Position numbers and translations under genes: made by a program. A stretch of DNA of 64,000 nt from Eutreptiella sp. 'Long Island Sound 2002' (taxonomy: Eukaryota > Protista > Euglenida): NCBI GenBank assembly GCA_964036045.1, contig OZ038378.1:5890001-5954000 (forward strand), read 5' to 3'. The notes under the pieces are model-generated. The model worked only from the letters and a program-made list of their open reading frames with translations. It was not told the origin of the DNA and ran no database searches. Positions 21,700 through 33,599 of this stretch are shown here, piece by piece (the first letter of the stretch is position 1; every line of letters begins with the position of its first letter).

Positions 21700-23830
21700 T
21701 TTCAAACTCAATGACGAGGCAACATGTTGCAAATGAGGCCAAGGAGAAGACACCGGATGAGTCCATTCCACGGAACCACAGATGGAACGCATTCAATGGA
21801 CGTCTGAATTCGCTCACGTATGATCGCTTTTGTACATGTTCTACAATATCTTGATCATTGTCATTGTCCAAGTACGAATACTCAACAAAGTGTACCGTTC
21901 GTACGGGGGGCATTGAAATGGGCTTGAACCGGGAAAATGCTGTCGCAGGTAGTGTTCTTCCAACGTGCACCACTTCTGCCTTAGCGTGGGGCTTGGCATC
22001 CCGGAAATACAAGCAGTTTATGCCACGCACGGAGAAACTAACCATCTCCGCTCTATCAGAGAGAACCGCAAAACAATGCGTGCAATGATATCCGTATCGG
22101 CATGCATGGCCATAGGTGCACCACAAGGATGCAACTCTGTACTGTCCGTCCTCCAACACCATGTCGTATTGGACCAGAACTAAGGTGATAGGAGGAATGA
22201 ATACTGGACTTGTGCCAAACTCACTGCATTGATGCAGACATGAAACACCTTGAATCGTGCCTCTAGGAACCCGTGCCTCTGCACAAAGTTGTGAAAAAAG
22301 TTTTGCCGTGCAACATTTGACCTTCCGCGATCAGTTTTTGACCCCCTTTGGTGGACTTTTATCAGATTACATTTGAAATACTCAAGAGGGATGGCATCTT
22401 GGATGTCTTGCACCTTGTCAACTGGCCACTCTTGCACAATGCAATGGCCATTGAAATGCTGTTGTTTACTACCTGGGTCAACGCATAGTTGGTGAGAAGA
22501 CCCCGTAGAGCTGCTTTAATGTTCACAAAGTGTGACACATGAACTTTGAAATCTTTGTGCTTCCAAATCACAAAGGGTGGCACACACCATTTGGTTATTG
22601 CACCAGTTTGACAGTGTTACATAGACAAAGTAGAGTGTCGAGCACTTGTCCGAATTAATGCTCAACAAGTTTTTCAAGTTTTCCGAGTGCTGCGTGCACT
22701 TGTTATCCGTGGTAAACACTTCGGTTTGGAATGCAAGACACCACATCTTGATGCGGTCGCCACCCAACCAATTCTGCAAGAAGGCTACCGATCCGATTGC
22801 CCATGCATATGTGTGTAATAGGCTATCCCACAACTCTGCAGCAACGTCGCGATCAACTTGTCAATGAACATTGCAAAAATCACCCAAAAATGTCGGATAT
22901 GTCACGTTTGTGTTGTCAAGGTCAACATCAATGCAATCTTTCTCACCGTTGCCAACATTGGCACCCACTATTGTAGATTCATGCTCAACAGCGATGCAAT
23001 CGTTGTTACCCTGACACATATTGCCGCCCGATGGTGTTGCGTCGTCAAAAGACTCAATGTCAGATCCAACGAAGTATTATCGGCAATTTTTATGCGGATT
23101 GACCAAAAGAGGAACTAAGCACAGAAAATGCGTTATTACCACGGGAAAGACATTTGAGACCCTGTTCAACACAACCAACGCAGCGCCTGTAAACATCGCC
23201 ACCGGTGCCACTGCAACACCACCTAACCAGTTTTGCCAAATCCATTCGTATGCAAGGGCCGGCTCATTCCATTCCATCAACCCCTGACCGAGCAATTATG
23301 AAACACAAGTTGTCAGTATTTGCTTGCAAGCTGAACTTGTTTGGAGCTAATCCAAAACAGCCTAACCAAACAGCCACCATCATGGGCTTGCCACTCCATC
23401 ACCCAACGTGCATCACCTTTTCAAATTCGGGCACTAAACGACTTGCAATTGATTGCTTTCCTTTGTTACGGATAATGTTGACAGGCTTGCGAATGTCATC
23501 CACACTCATTGCGCAGTCACTATACTCTTTTGTAAACCATTCACAAAAAGTAGCTGCTTTGGTTGCCCGAAATGCATGAACCACCTGTTGCTCACGGAAG
23601 CCATCCTGTAGCATGGTGTACCGCAACAGATGTGTTGATATCGTGTTGCTGATGTGTGTGCGCCCATTGTGCGATCCATTATTGTACTCAAGTACCGACA
23701 AGCTTCCCCATTTGAGGACAATCATGCAACCACACAATTCATCCCCGTCCTCCGGTCTCATTGATTTGGAGTGTCTTTTGGAAACAAGGGGTACTTGTTT
23801 GGAACTCTTTTTATCTTGCCGCAATTGGCC
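21700..23830 (-). pseudogene. Mutator-like (MULE) transposase pseudogene with WRKY/GCM1-type N-terminal motif and SWIM finger
   Basis: In order: LCGCMIVLKW..YNNGSHNG (~23660-23740), AYEWIWQNWL...SNVFPVVITHFLCLVPLLVN (VFP..H..C..H+..N-like, ~23095-23255), FLQNWLGG..MWCLAF..TTDNKCTQHSE (~22710-22790) and YRVASLWCTYG..YGYHCTHCFAV (SWIM, ~22065-22145). Confidence 0.7.
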
Positions 23831-24029
23831 AGTCAGTGAACACTACTATATCATCCGGCCTTTAGAAGAACACCTTTGCAGAGGTAGGCCAAGTATTTTC
23901 ATGTCACGGAAATGCGGAATGACTCGCTCATAGCTACCGAACGTAGCCCGAACGTGCTCATCAATATCGTCCGTCATGACTTCTGTCGGCTGCTCCTTCA
24001 CTTGTACGCCAATGAGGGATTTTTTTCCA

Positions 24030-25440
24030 CTATGCATGGCAGCCCTGCTGGTCCCAAAGCGGCAGAAGCGTCTGCACCAAAGCGACGGAGACCTCGGGTC
24101 CCAAGGTGGCGGAGGCCCTTGCCCCAAAGCGGTAGGGGCCCTGGTGGTCCCAAGTTGGCAGAGCCCCTGCCGTGCATATGTCGCTCATCGTACCACCTTT
24201 GCCGCACTTGCAAACATCCAAAACATCCTTTTTTTCTTTCGACTGCTGGGGAGTCACTATGCATCAGCTTTCGTGAGCCAAAGACTTTGGAGGGTATGCC
24301 CTTCTGCCGGCCCTCATCTGGCTTATGGTCCAAGCACGGCTGCCGGTGATGGTCCATCTTTCTGATTTCTGTGTCTTCCCCTCAGCCCCAGTCTGACATT
24401 TCAACCGTTGGTGTGATGGTATAGGCCTTGTCATGAAAGCACATTTCTTGCCTGTGCTGCAACTGGCCTCATTGCGCAAGCCATGGCAGCCACGGTACTT
24501 CCTGGCCTGAAGTTGCCAAGCCTTTTCTTAGGCCCGCACGTTCGCAGTAGATCGGTTAACGGTAGAAAACATCCACTCTCTGCCCGTGTGGCATTGTGCC
24601 ATCTTCTAGAATAAGCATCATAGAACCTATGTGGCCCCGCGACTTGTGCGAAAAGGCACACTAACAATAGATTAGCTGTTTGACCCACAACACCGCATTT
24701 TGCCAGCCTTTACCAAACTCGGGGGAAACACGTGGATCCTAATTTATCACACCGCCCTCCTAAAGTGTCAACAGGAAATTATCAATGACTGGTCCAGACC
24801 CACAGCCTGGGTGAATGGAAAGGCAAAGTCTATGACTTTGCAACACATTGCGCCTTCGCCGTGTATCACCTACAAGCAGGATGAAGATGTTTGGTCTGCG
24901 TTTTGGAACTGCTGTTACCCACCGGTCCTCTCTGATTTTGTCTACACGGTGTTGTGGTCTAAACTTAAAGTCCAGCAGCGGCTTTTGCCCATCTCTCGCG
25001 CAAAGAAATTTCCCCTCTGCTACACAAAAATAGAATCGATCACGCATGACACTATTGTAAGTTTTTCCCACACGTCTATGTGTTGATGTCAAAAGCCGTT
25101 GGGCAAGACACCGCCACTTGGACACTAGGAAAATTAGAAGCCACGAAAACAATAGATTCTATAATATTGTGGAATGCGCAGAAGGCACGGTGGGGGGGGT
25201 GAGGTGTGCAGCTCATTGTTTCCACATCCCCACCCTTGGCGCGTTTTTGTGCGCCTGGATCAATAATATCCAGGACTTGGTACAGTGGGAGCCCCTGGGG
25301 CACGTTGCAGAGCCGTTGTTGCAATTCACGCATTTTGTACAGGAGTATCGTGAGACTGAGGTCCTGGCTGCCCCTACCCTGTCCTGGTGGGGCCAGAATG
25401 GCCCTACGTTGCCCCCCTCAAAAAAGAAAAAATAATCTGA
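24030..25440 (+). mobile_element. 3' end of a LINE-like element (zf-RVT region and A-rich tail)
   Basis: VWSAFWNCCYPPVLSDFVYTVLWSKLKVQQRLLPISRAKKFPLCYTKIESITH (zf-RVT-like, 24890-25050) and AAAAAGAAAAAATAA at ~25420-25436. Confidence 0.6.
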
Positions 25441-27322
25441 TTATGCCGAAGTAGCTGGGCACGTAGTCAACAAAACTTGTGACATGGAAAATGAAGGTTG
25501 GACCACGGGTATAAGGATGGCTCTGCAAAACTGGACCCGTGTGCTGGCCTCATTAGAGGCTACGGAGCCTGTATCCCTGCAGTCACCTTGGAACTCTGTG
25601 GCTTCCTGCCTGTAGATGAGCCACATACTAATTGCTGTTAGTGTAGCGTAGCGGAGGTAATGGAAGTTCTGCCACCAGGGCCCGAGCTCAACCACTCCCC
25701 ATACCTGCTCTTGATGCTCCCACCCCCCTCCTACTCCCTCCCCAGTCTTTTCGTATTTTTGTGCGTATTGGGGGGGGGGGGGGGGCTAAGGCGATCCATG
25801 AGTACCACGGTTAACGAAGGGGCTTGGGACTGGACGCGTCTCAAAGATGACAGTCCCGTGGTAAAATCAAATGCCTGGAGTCACCTACTACAAACATCTT
25901 GGATGGCTCTCATGGTCCCCCTACAGCACAGAACCGAGGTGGTCATGGTCGGTGTGGCCGGGTGGGGCCCCAAGGGGGGGGGGGGGGCTCGGGGCTTACA
26001 CATATGGCTCGGGGGTATCACAAGGCCCTGGGTATCTCCTTCCAGTCACTACACCGGGGTAACCGGCGTGCCAACAGCCCCTTCCGGGGAATGATTGGGA
26101 GCACAACCCCCACCGTTTTCATTCAGGGAAGCCATGGAAGAGGTAAAGAACACCACTGAGGCCGTCACAAAGCAGTACGAGTAGGCCGAGCAAGACCAGG
26201 CGTTGAAGGCTCAGCCATGTGCTCACAAGCCCGGCCCCCAGGAGGCATGTGCTTGATTGGTTTGTGCCCGGTGGTTGGGCCGCGGCTGAAGGAGAGGGAC
26301 GCTGCGCGGTAGTGCCACGAACGTTGGTGCTGGTTGGGAAAGCGGTTGGTGACAGTTGGGAAATCGGTTGGGGAGCTGGAGGCGGCGGTTACAAACACGT
26401 TGCAGCCGCAGTCGGAGTTGGAAGGACACGGTTGGTGCAGAACTGACAGTTGCTGTTGCCGGGGGGGGGGGGGGGCAGCCAGCCGCGCCAGGCTTGCCTT
26501 GGCCCTACCTCCAGCCACCAGGGGGGGGCAGCACGGCCTGATCCTTGCATGCAACCCCCCTTCCGCCCCTTGAGGGGATTTTGAAAGATAGCGGGCTCGG
26601 TGGTGTGAGGGGCAGGACGATAGTTGGTCTCACTTGGGCCGCGAAGCCGTCTGGAAAATTTCGGAGGTCAGCATTGGGCACTGGCCCTTTTTGAGTACAC
26701 CACCAGTATATTGTCGACAGTCAGACCCACAGCAGGTGGGCCACCAGTTAGCCGGCGCTTGTATTGAGCAACCGCAGTGGAACTGAAGGTAGAACCATAA
26801 CCTAGGTCTTGCAGCAGGCGGCAGCCTCCTATGCTGCGACAAAACACGGCAATACCGCTTGACTAATTTGCTAAAAACTCCCGTTGGAACTCATGACATG
26901 CAACGATCCCCGTGTGTGGGTCCGGGGGAGCAGTCAAAACCACACGATATGGCCGGTTGACATTTGAGATAGCTGAATGGGCCGCACATAAAGGCATGAA
27001 GTTTTCGGAAATGGGAAATTGTAGATGAACAAGTGTTGGGACGGCATTCATTAGGTTGTTTGCAGCATTGTTGTCCTATGCGGCTCATGATGGAGGAGGA
27101 GCAAAAGGCCAAAGTGCAGCAAAGGGGCTTCAGACAAGGTTCTTAGGCAAGCTCGGGATGTGGCCGGCTTTAGAACCATGTCAGGTAGAACATGCTGTCG
27201 GATTCCCATGGTTATTTCGCTGCCAATTCTCATTATGATTCTTTGATTTCCGCTTTCTTATGAACAGAGCTTTGCCATGAGCACATGCAAACACTTTTTC
27301 CTTCCAAGCCCAGAGCGCATGC

Positions 27323-28194
27323 ATGTCAGCACTGCAGAGGACGCTATTTTGCGGAATTCGCTGTGCTATTTGTGTAGTGACGCTTCACGTCAATCTGCTC
27401 GTTAGTTTTTGTTGTCCCGCACTTAGCGACTTGTCGAGGTATGCAGTATTGGATATCTTCAAGGACCATTTCCTTGGCCACATAACAGCATCAGTCACGG
27501 ACAACATCATGTTAATGCCGAAGTTTAAGTTGCACATCAAAGTTGAACAAGGGCAATTGAAGAATCACATTGGTAAGATGCGGGATTTACGACAGCAATG
27601 ACAAATTATGATCAACTCTTGCGACACCACTACCGTGAGACCAAGGCGATGAGGGTCCAAACAATGCAGCCAGGGGTGTCCTTACCGGGGAAAAAAAAGT
27701 GTTCCGGTACCAGTTCTCCCAAAAAACCCCGCGGGCACTCCATGTGCTCAACCATGGTTGGTGGCAGTTGGCGGTTGGCGGTTGGTGGCGGTTGGCGGTT
27801 GGCGGTTGGCAGTTGGCAACTGGCGGTTGGTGGCGGTTGGTGGTGGTTGGCGGCGGTTGGTGGCTGGCGGTTGGTGGTTGGAGGCGGTTGGCAGTGGTTG
27901 ACAGTTGGCGGTTGGTCGCCGCTGGCGGTTGGTGGCGGTTGGTGGTTGGCGGTTGGTGGCGGTTGGCAGTTGATGGGAGTTGGCGGTTGGCGGTTGGTGG
28001 TCCCTTGGGGGGGTCCTTAAGGGCTGTCCTTAGCCAAAAAAAAAATCGCCCCTTAAGGACCCCCCTGAATGCAGCATCAAATTCATCTAGACAAAGAAGC
28101 ACATAGGCTCGAGAAAGAAGACCAGATTGCAGTTGATTCACTGACGGCCAACATCATCTCCTCAAGCCGAAATGTATTTAGCGAGACATGCACG
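27323..28194 (+). pseudogene. Decayed coiled-coil-like ORF interrupted by the MITE
   Basis: Excising the MITE plus one TSD gives the continuous frame MTNYDQLLRHHYRETKAMRVQTMQ|HQIHLDKEAHRLEKEDQIAVDSLTANIISSS. Confidence 0.5.
27671..28067. mobile_element. 397-bp hAT-type MITE with 8-bp TSD and internal GGCGGTT/GGTGG minisatellite
   Basis: TSD AATGCAGC at 27663-27670 and 28068-28075. Imperfect TIRs CAGGGGTGTCCTTACCGGGG / CCCCTTAAGGACCCCCCTG. Confidence 0.9.
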
Positions 28195-29299
28195 GGTAAT
28201 CATTGATGATTCCAGTGCACAGAGTGGAGAAGCACAACTGTTGCAGGGGTGATCAACTTGATGTGTAGTGGAAAAATATACAACACAAGTTATTTGAAAA
28301 AGTTGAGGTGAGGGCTATGAGCTTGAAACGCCGAAGGTTCCTGCGAGACATCTGCACATGATGGTGATCAGAGGCCCTACAATTAATGACCCACTGCTAA
28401 GTTCCGAAGCAGAAGCACTTGCCGCACAAGACTCCAGCTGCTATATTGGTTTGTGCGGCATGGCCCGGTGCATTAATGTACTGAGCAGCACCAGCTTTGG
28501 CAGCATCGAACAGAGAATTGAACAAGACAAGTATGATGCAGCGACGGAGGCCCCCGCACCAATGCGGCACAGGCCTCGGTCGTCCCAAAGTGGCGGAGTC
28601 CCCCGTTGTTGGCCGTCTACTAGGGAAGCATCATCGGCTAGATGTCAAACGGGTTTTGCCCGATGTGTGTCTGTGTGCGTGCGTGGGTGTGTCTGTCTTT
28701 GTTTGCTGGCCCGAATGTGTGTGTTGCAATGTAGCACACAATTTCCGGGGATGAGTTCGTTGCGTTGTGTGTTGTGTGTTGTACTTCGCAAAGGTGCCCA
28801 AATAAAAGTGTGGTGAAGGTGTACTAGACCAGTGTTTTTAGGTCTGCTCCCATTGTGACTGCGCCACCCATACGGAGGACATTGTCAACGTGTGGTGTTC
28901 ATTGCAAGTACGCTTATGCACTCTAGATGCTCAAGCAGCAATAGAGGCATCAAGGACTAGGCTCCTGAGGGATACGTCGGAGTCACGTCCCCAAGGGGGC
29001 CCCTTGGACCACATGGGGTGTTTTGTGAGTTTAAGGTTTCGTGCTGCGTGTGGTAACCTCACAAAGCTGCAACCTCTTGGGGGTTTGGTCCATTCCTATG
29101 TGCAGTTTCCACATAGCTTCAAGAAGCACAACGGTTGCTTAGAAACAAAAAGGTCATAGCCGATGGGGGCAATTTCTTTTTGTATTGAGTTTCATCCTTG
29201 CTCTACTATCTAACATCTTGCGTTGCCGCCGGGGTAAGGGAGGGCTCAAATAACTTTTTGAGGTGTTCGTTGGTCATGTTGGGTTACCTGGAGTTAATT

Positions 29300-30050
29300 T
29301 TCTAGTTGGTCTGTGTGGTGACTTGAGGGTTTATAATTTGGCCTCAGACAATAAACAATGCATGTATGCAGCCAGCTTATGTGAGGATGATGAGTCAAAA
29401 GCAGCCGTCAAGTTGTGTAGCACAGCCGCTTTGGTGATGTAAAAAAACGTGATGTAGAGAGATGGAGGCTCGCCCTCGTCCAACCTCACTCCGCTGGATG
29501 CAAAAGAGAGGAATTTGGCACGGCAGCCAATCATAGGAGCGTGCGCATTTTGTTTTGGTGCAACTCCAGGCGCCCAGTGATGATCATCCACAATGGCCGG
29601 AGTAGTAAACACGCACCAGGGAACGAATCCAACATAGCCCTCGTGCGCCTGGAGCAAGGTGATCCGTGGAGACGCGCTTGATACCAGGCCGCCAACCATA
29701 GTGCTGTTCCCGGGCTCAATGATGTTCAACACATTGTTGTTGTGAACATGCATCACATGCCTGTCCAGTCGGTAACAGGGCGCAAACTTCTGTGGGGATT
29801 TGGGCCACTTCCGCAAAGAGATAAAGTTTCAATTTTCCTTCAATGCAACAGCCGTGCAGTCTCCCGGTTTTGCCGATCCAAAAATCCCTGAATGATTGAG
29901 GCCGCTTGCATTCCGTATTCCGCCTCGTGTGCCTACATAGTAAACCATTTGGAATGTCTAAGCAACTGGCTAGAACAAGCATGGAAATGACCCTCGAGCT
30001 CACCAGCGGTCACAGCAATCACCAAAAACAACCCCCTGCCCTTTCAGCCG
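29300..30050 (-). pseudogene. Decayed unknown coding sequence with Cys/His motifs (possible transposon DNA-binding region)
   Basis: CDACSQQQCVEHH and IGCRAKF...VLHN in adjacent frames. Confidence 0.3.
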
Positions 30051-33000
30051 CAGAAGCTACCCATGCAACAACCTACATAATGCATCACATTTTTTTGAGT
30101 TTTCTAGATAGTTACGGTGAATGTAAACACGCGTATGGCACAAGTTGCCAATGCCCGGTTCTGTCCAAGAACCTTTGTCCGAGGCACGGATATCTGTGGT
30201 GTCATGCAACATTTGCCGGTTGCTTTGAAATAGCCACACACCCGGCGCAGTCTGTTTTGCATTATCGCGCGAAGCACCCTAGCTTGGACAACCCCAAGAC
30301 CGGGTGGAAACCAGCTTTAGCGCCATGGGGAGTAATAATGGCAATTGACATCCGCCTAGGTTCAACAGCGGTTCGTGTGCACGCGCATCCAATGCAATGA
30401 ATGCAAAATGGGACCTTAAGCTGGGTATCTCGCTACTGGGTTTTTGGGGCTATTAGTACGAGACAGATTGCGAACACCCACCTGAGCGCCTTGTGCAATG
30501 TGCTTCAATTCATCAGAACTTGGGCGGGCCGGTTGCTTTCTGCGGTGGCATGGCTTCAAGTTGCCATTTTCTCTTCATGCCCCCCCCCCCCCCCCCACAC
30601 CCACACAGGTGGTATGTTGATGCATGATATGCACCATTGTCAAGGTGCTGGTTTGCACAAAATGGGACCCAACGTCGTTGGTGCAATGGATTGGATTAAT
30701 TTGGAGGTATCTGCCAAAGGAACCGTCAATTACAATTAGCGACCTCAATAACCGGCCGCTTAGGCATGGCATACAGAACATGAACGCGTATGCATCTCGG
30801 CACGTTCCGCATCCCGTGCCCTGCGATTGTGGGTGCGTTGATCGGTCTATGAACCGGCCCACACTTTCGGAACATAGCGTGCGTATGCAAGAAAGAGCTG
30901 CACACCCCGAGGCATGGGGCTTGCTGGTTTTCGGACTTACAGCTGTAGAAAACCTTCAAATTCTAGACAGATTACCAAACCTAACGGGGTATGGACAGTT
31001 CTCTATTGGCCCCAGGCCCTTTGGCTGCCACAACCACGTTGTCCCGCAAATGTTGCAACGCGATAGTGTAAATGGCAGTGCTCCAATGTATAATACCAGC
31101 GGACATGCGTTGGAGTGGATCCAGGGCATGCAACCTGCTGGGGAGCTTGTTGCATGACCCAAAAGAGTGCAGATGAGAGCTATGTGCGCTAAAGGACCCC
31201 ATGCGGGTATGGCTTGCTGACGGCGCCACAGAACCCGACGAGCAATGACAACGTTGTCCTAGGTAAGGCTAAACTCAACCATAGATATAAGTTTGGTCCT
31301 GCTAATGGACCCCAAACCCTTGCGCGTTGCCCTTCTTGCATGTTGCCCTTCTTGCACGGTCAAGGTGCCTACACGTCTTATGCACACTCTAGATCTCTTC
31401 CGAGTGGCAGGCGTGATGGCTCGTAACCTAGCCGGCTACCTCACGCATGTGAACGATAACAACGCTGGGATGTGTAGCGTTGAAATTCTCTTCATAATCC
31501 CCCCCACGCATCCCCCCCCCCCCCACCAAACACACGGCCCAAATTATTGCACCCACTCACCCAACCCTTGAAGACTACATGTCACAAAAACAACGGGCAG
31601 CCGATGGACGATGTGTTCTACGAAACCGGTGAAAGCACATGCGGCCGCTCATGGTCGAGTTTTTGAAATCAGGGGTTGTGCTACGACTGCAATGGGGCTC
31701 CACAAGACCCCCACAGCTACTCTAGACTTCTCTTCACCTATAAGGTACATTAGTGCCATGCGACTTTTTTCATTCACGGGCCACATTGAGTATGATCGGT
31801 TCACGCAAGTTTCATGCAAGTTTCCACGTACGTCGGATTATGTTTGCGGCTTGGGGTGTAACTCCACTCACAGAGGAACATTGCAAGTTGGGACCAGCGC
31901 CAGCTATAGTAGAAACGACACAACACGCCAGGGTTTCTATCAACCAACCTCAAAAATCCCCTGAGACAGGGTATCGGTAATTTGCACCACTCGACAACGC
32001 ACATGAGTAGTGCACTGAAAGTCAGAAAGGGTTAACAACCGTTGGAATTCCAAGTGGCCCATCCGGGCGACGTTCAATACACTGGCTTATTGATGCTTTT
32101 TTCCGTCGACTCTCTGAGGATAGCCTGGAGCACGGTAAGTGGTCCTTCGCGCATAAAACATGATCGCTATGGTGAATGCAACTAGGGAATAATGTAAATT
32201 GTCGGTCTACCAGAGAACATACAAAATCATACAAAATAGCCCAACCGGTTGACCTTGCACAGTCCCTTGGATGTCGGCCGGCCTTCCAACAGCCCTGTGC
32301 ACGGTGCGTGGCACAACACGCACCAACACCATTTTCGCTCACACAGATTATTTTTGGTGTAGGAGAACATGCATTCGCTTCACGAGGAGTTGCACATCAC
32401 GGGTAATACATAGCTTTTGGTTGTAAGTCACGTACGGACAAAAGTAGCGGTCGTGCGGATGAGAGCAATGTTCGGTTCCTTCGGTAGAGTATCGGTTTTA
32501 GCAAGTTTTAGCATGCCTTTCACGTTGCGGGTACCAAGTTCAAAAGTTCCTAGAGTCGTCTTTGTTTGCTCGCTGCGGTAAGACAGGAGTGGACATGGGA
32601 AGGTACACCGGGCAGAACCTGATTCCGGGCCGACCTACATAGGACAAACCACCATCTCACCCCTGTAGCGACTCCGTGAGCATGGTACTTGTACCAATGC
32701 AAGGGCCGAGTATTGCCGTTTTCATGACACGTTACGACGCACAAGCGCTGCCGAATACACCTCCTTACCCTTCCAGTACGTCGTACATGCGGTACAAGGT
32801 TGCTGAGTCGTGGGGGTTTGGCTTCGGTGAATCATGGCATACAGAAGCATAACACGCAATGGAGTACGTCACTTCCACTGTGTTGTGTGTGAGGCCCCAT
32901 GGACTAACCTCAATAGGGGGTTGGTGTCATCAAGCGGAAACGGGACACTGTCTTGAACCGGCCGAGCCAAGAATCCAAGATTCATGTGTCGCAAAGTGCG

Positions 33001-33599
33001 GTGCGCGCACTATGTGTACAGCCGCAGCCACCTAGGGCTAGTCGTTGATTCCTCCGAGAAGAAGGGCCTACCAGGACATTGCGACTTATTGAAGCAGTGT
33101 TGACCGCAAAGCGTGGCTTCAGGCTCATGCCCGGCACACCGAACTGCAATGATGTAGGAGTCGCACAACCACTACACAGACATGTGAATGTAGCTTCTTG
33201 TACCTATGACAGCGGCTGGAATTGGCATGATGCATTTTGCGAAGGATTTCAACAAGTTGGATAGGGATGTGTAGAATGCCACGAGCACGGATGCCAAGCG
33301 TCAAAGGGCTCTATACACAGACGAGTGCAGGCTCACATACATACAGTTGGACACACAACAGGTGATTGCACTCAGAAAAAAAGGCCAACAATTGGTCAAA
33401 TGCATCCCCGTGCAATTGGTGTGCACAAAACTTGAATCTTAGCCTCAAAAACACCAACCCACAACAAGGTTGAGGTATAGACAAAAAGGGCAATTTGCAT
33501 TTGGACCCTGTTGTGCCGTGCCTTTCAGCAACATTACGTCTCAAATGTTGCATAATTATTGCACATTGATGTTTGCAATTTCTAGGCCCCCACCTGTGT

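Noticed and set aside
27587-28141. Trp/Gly- or Pro/Thr-rich proteins on both strands
   Set aside because: They are translations of the GGCGGTT minisatellite inside a TIR/TSD-bounded MITE.
29300-30050. N-terminal part of the 21.7-23.8 kb Mutator element
   Set aside because: That element already has its own CGC..HNG DNA-binding motif at ~23.7 kb.
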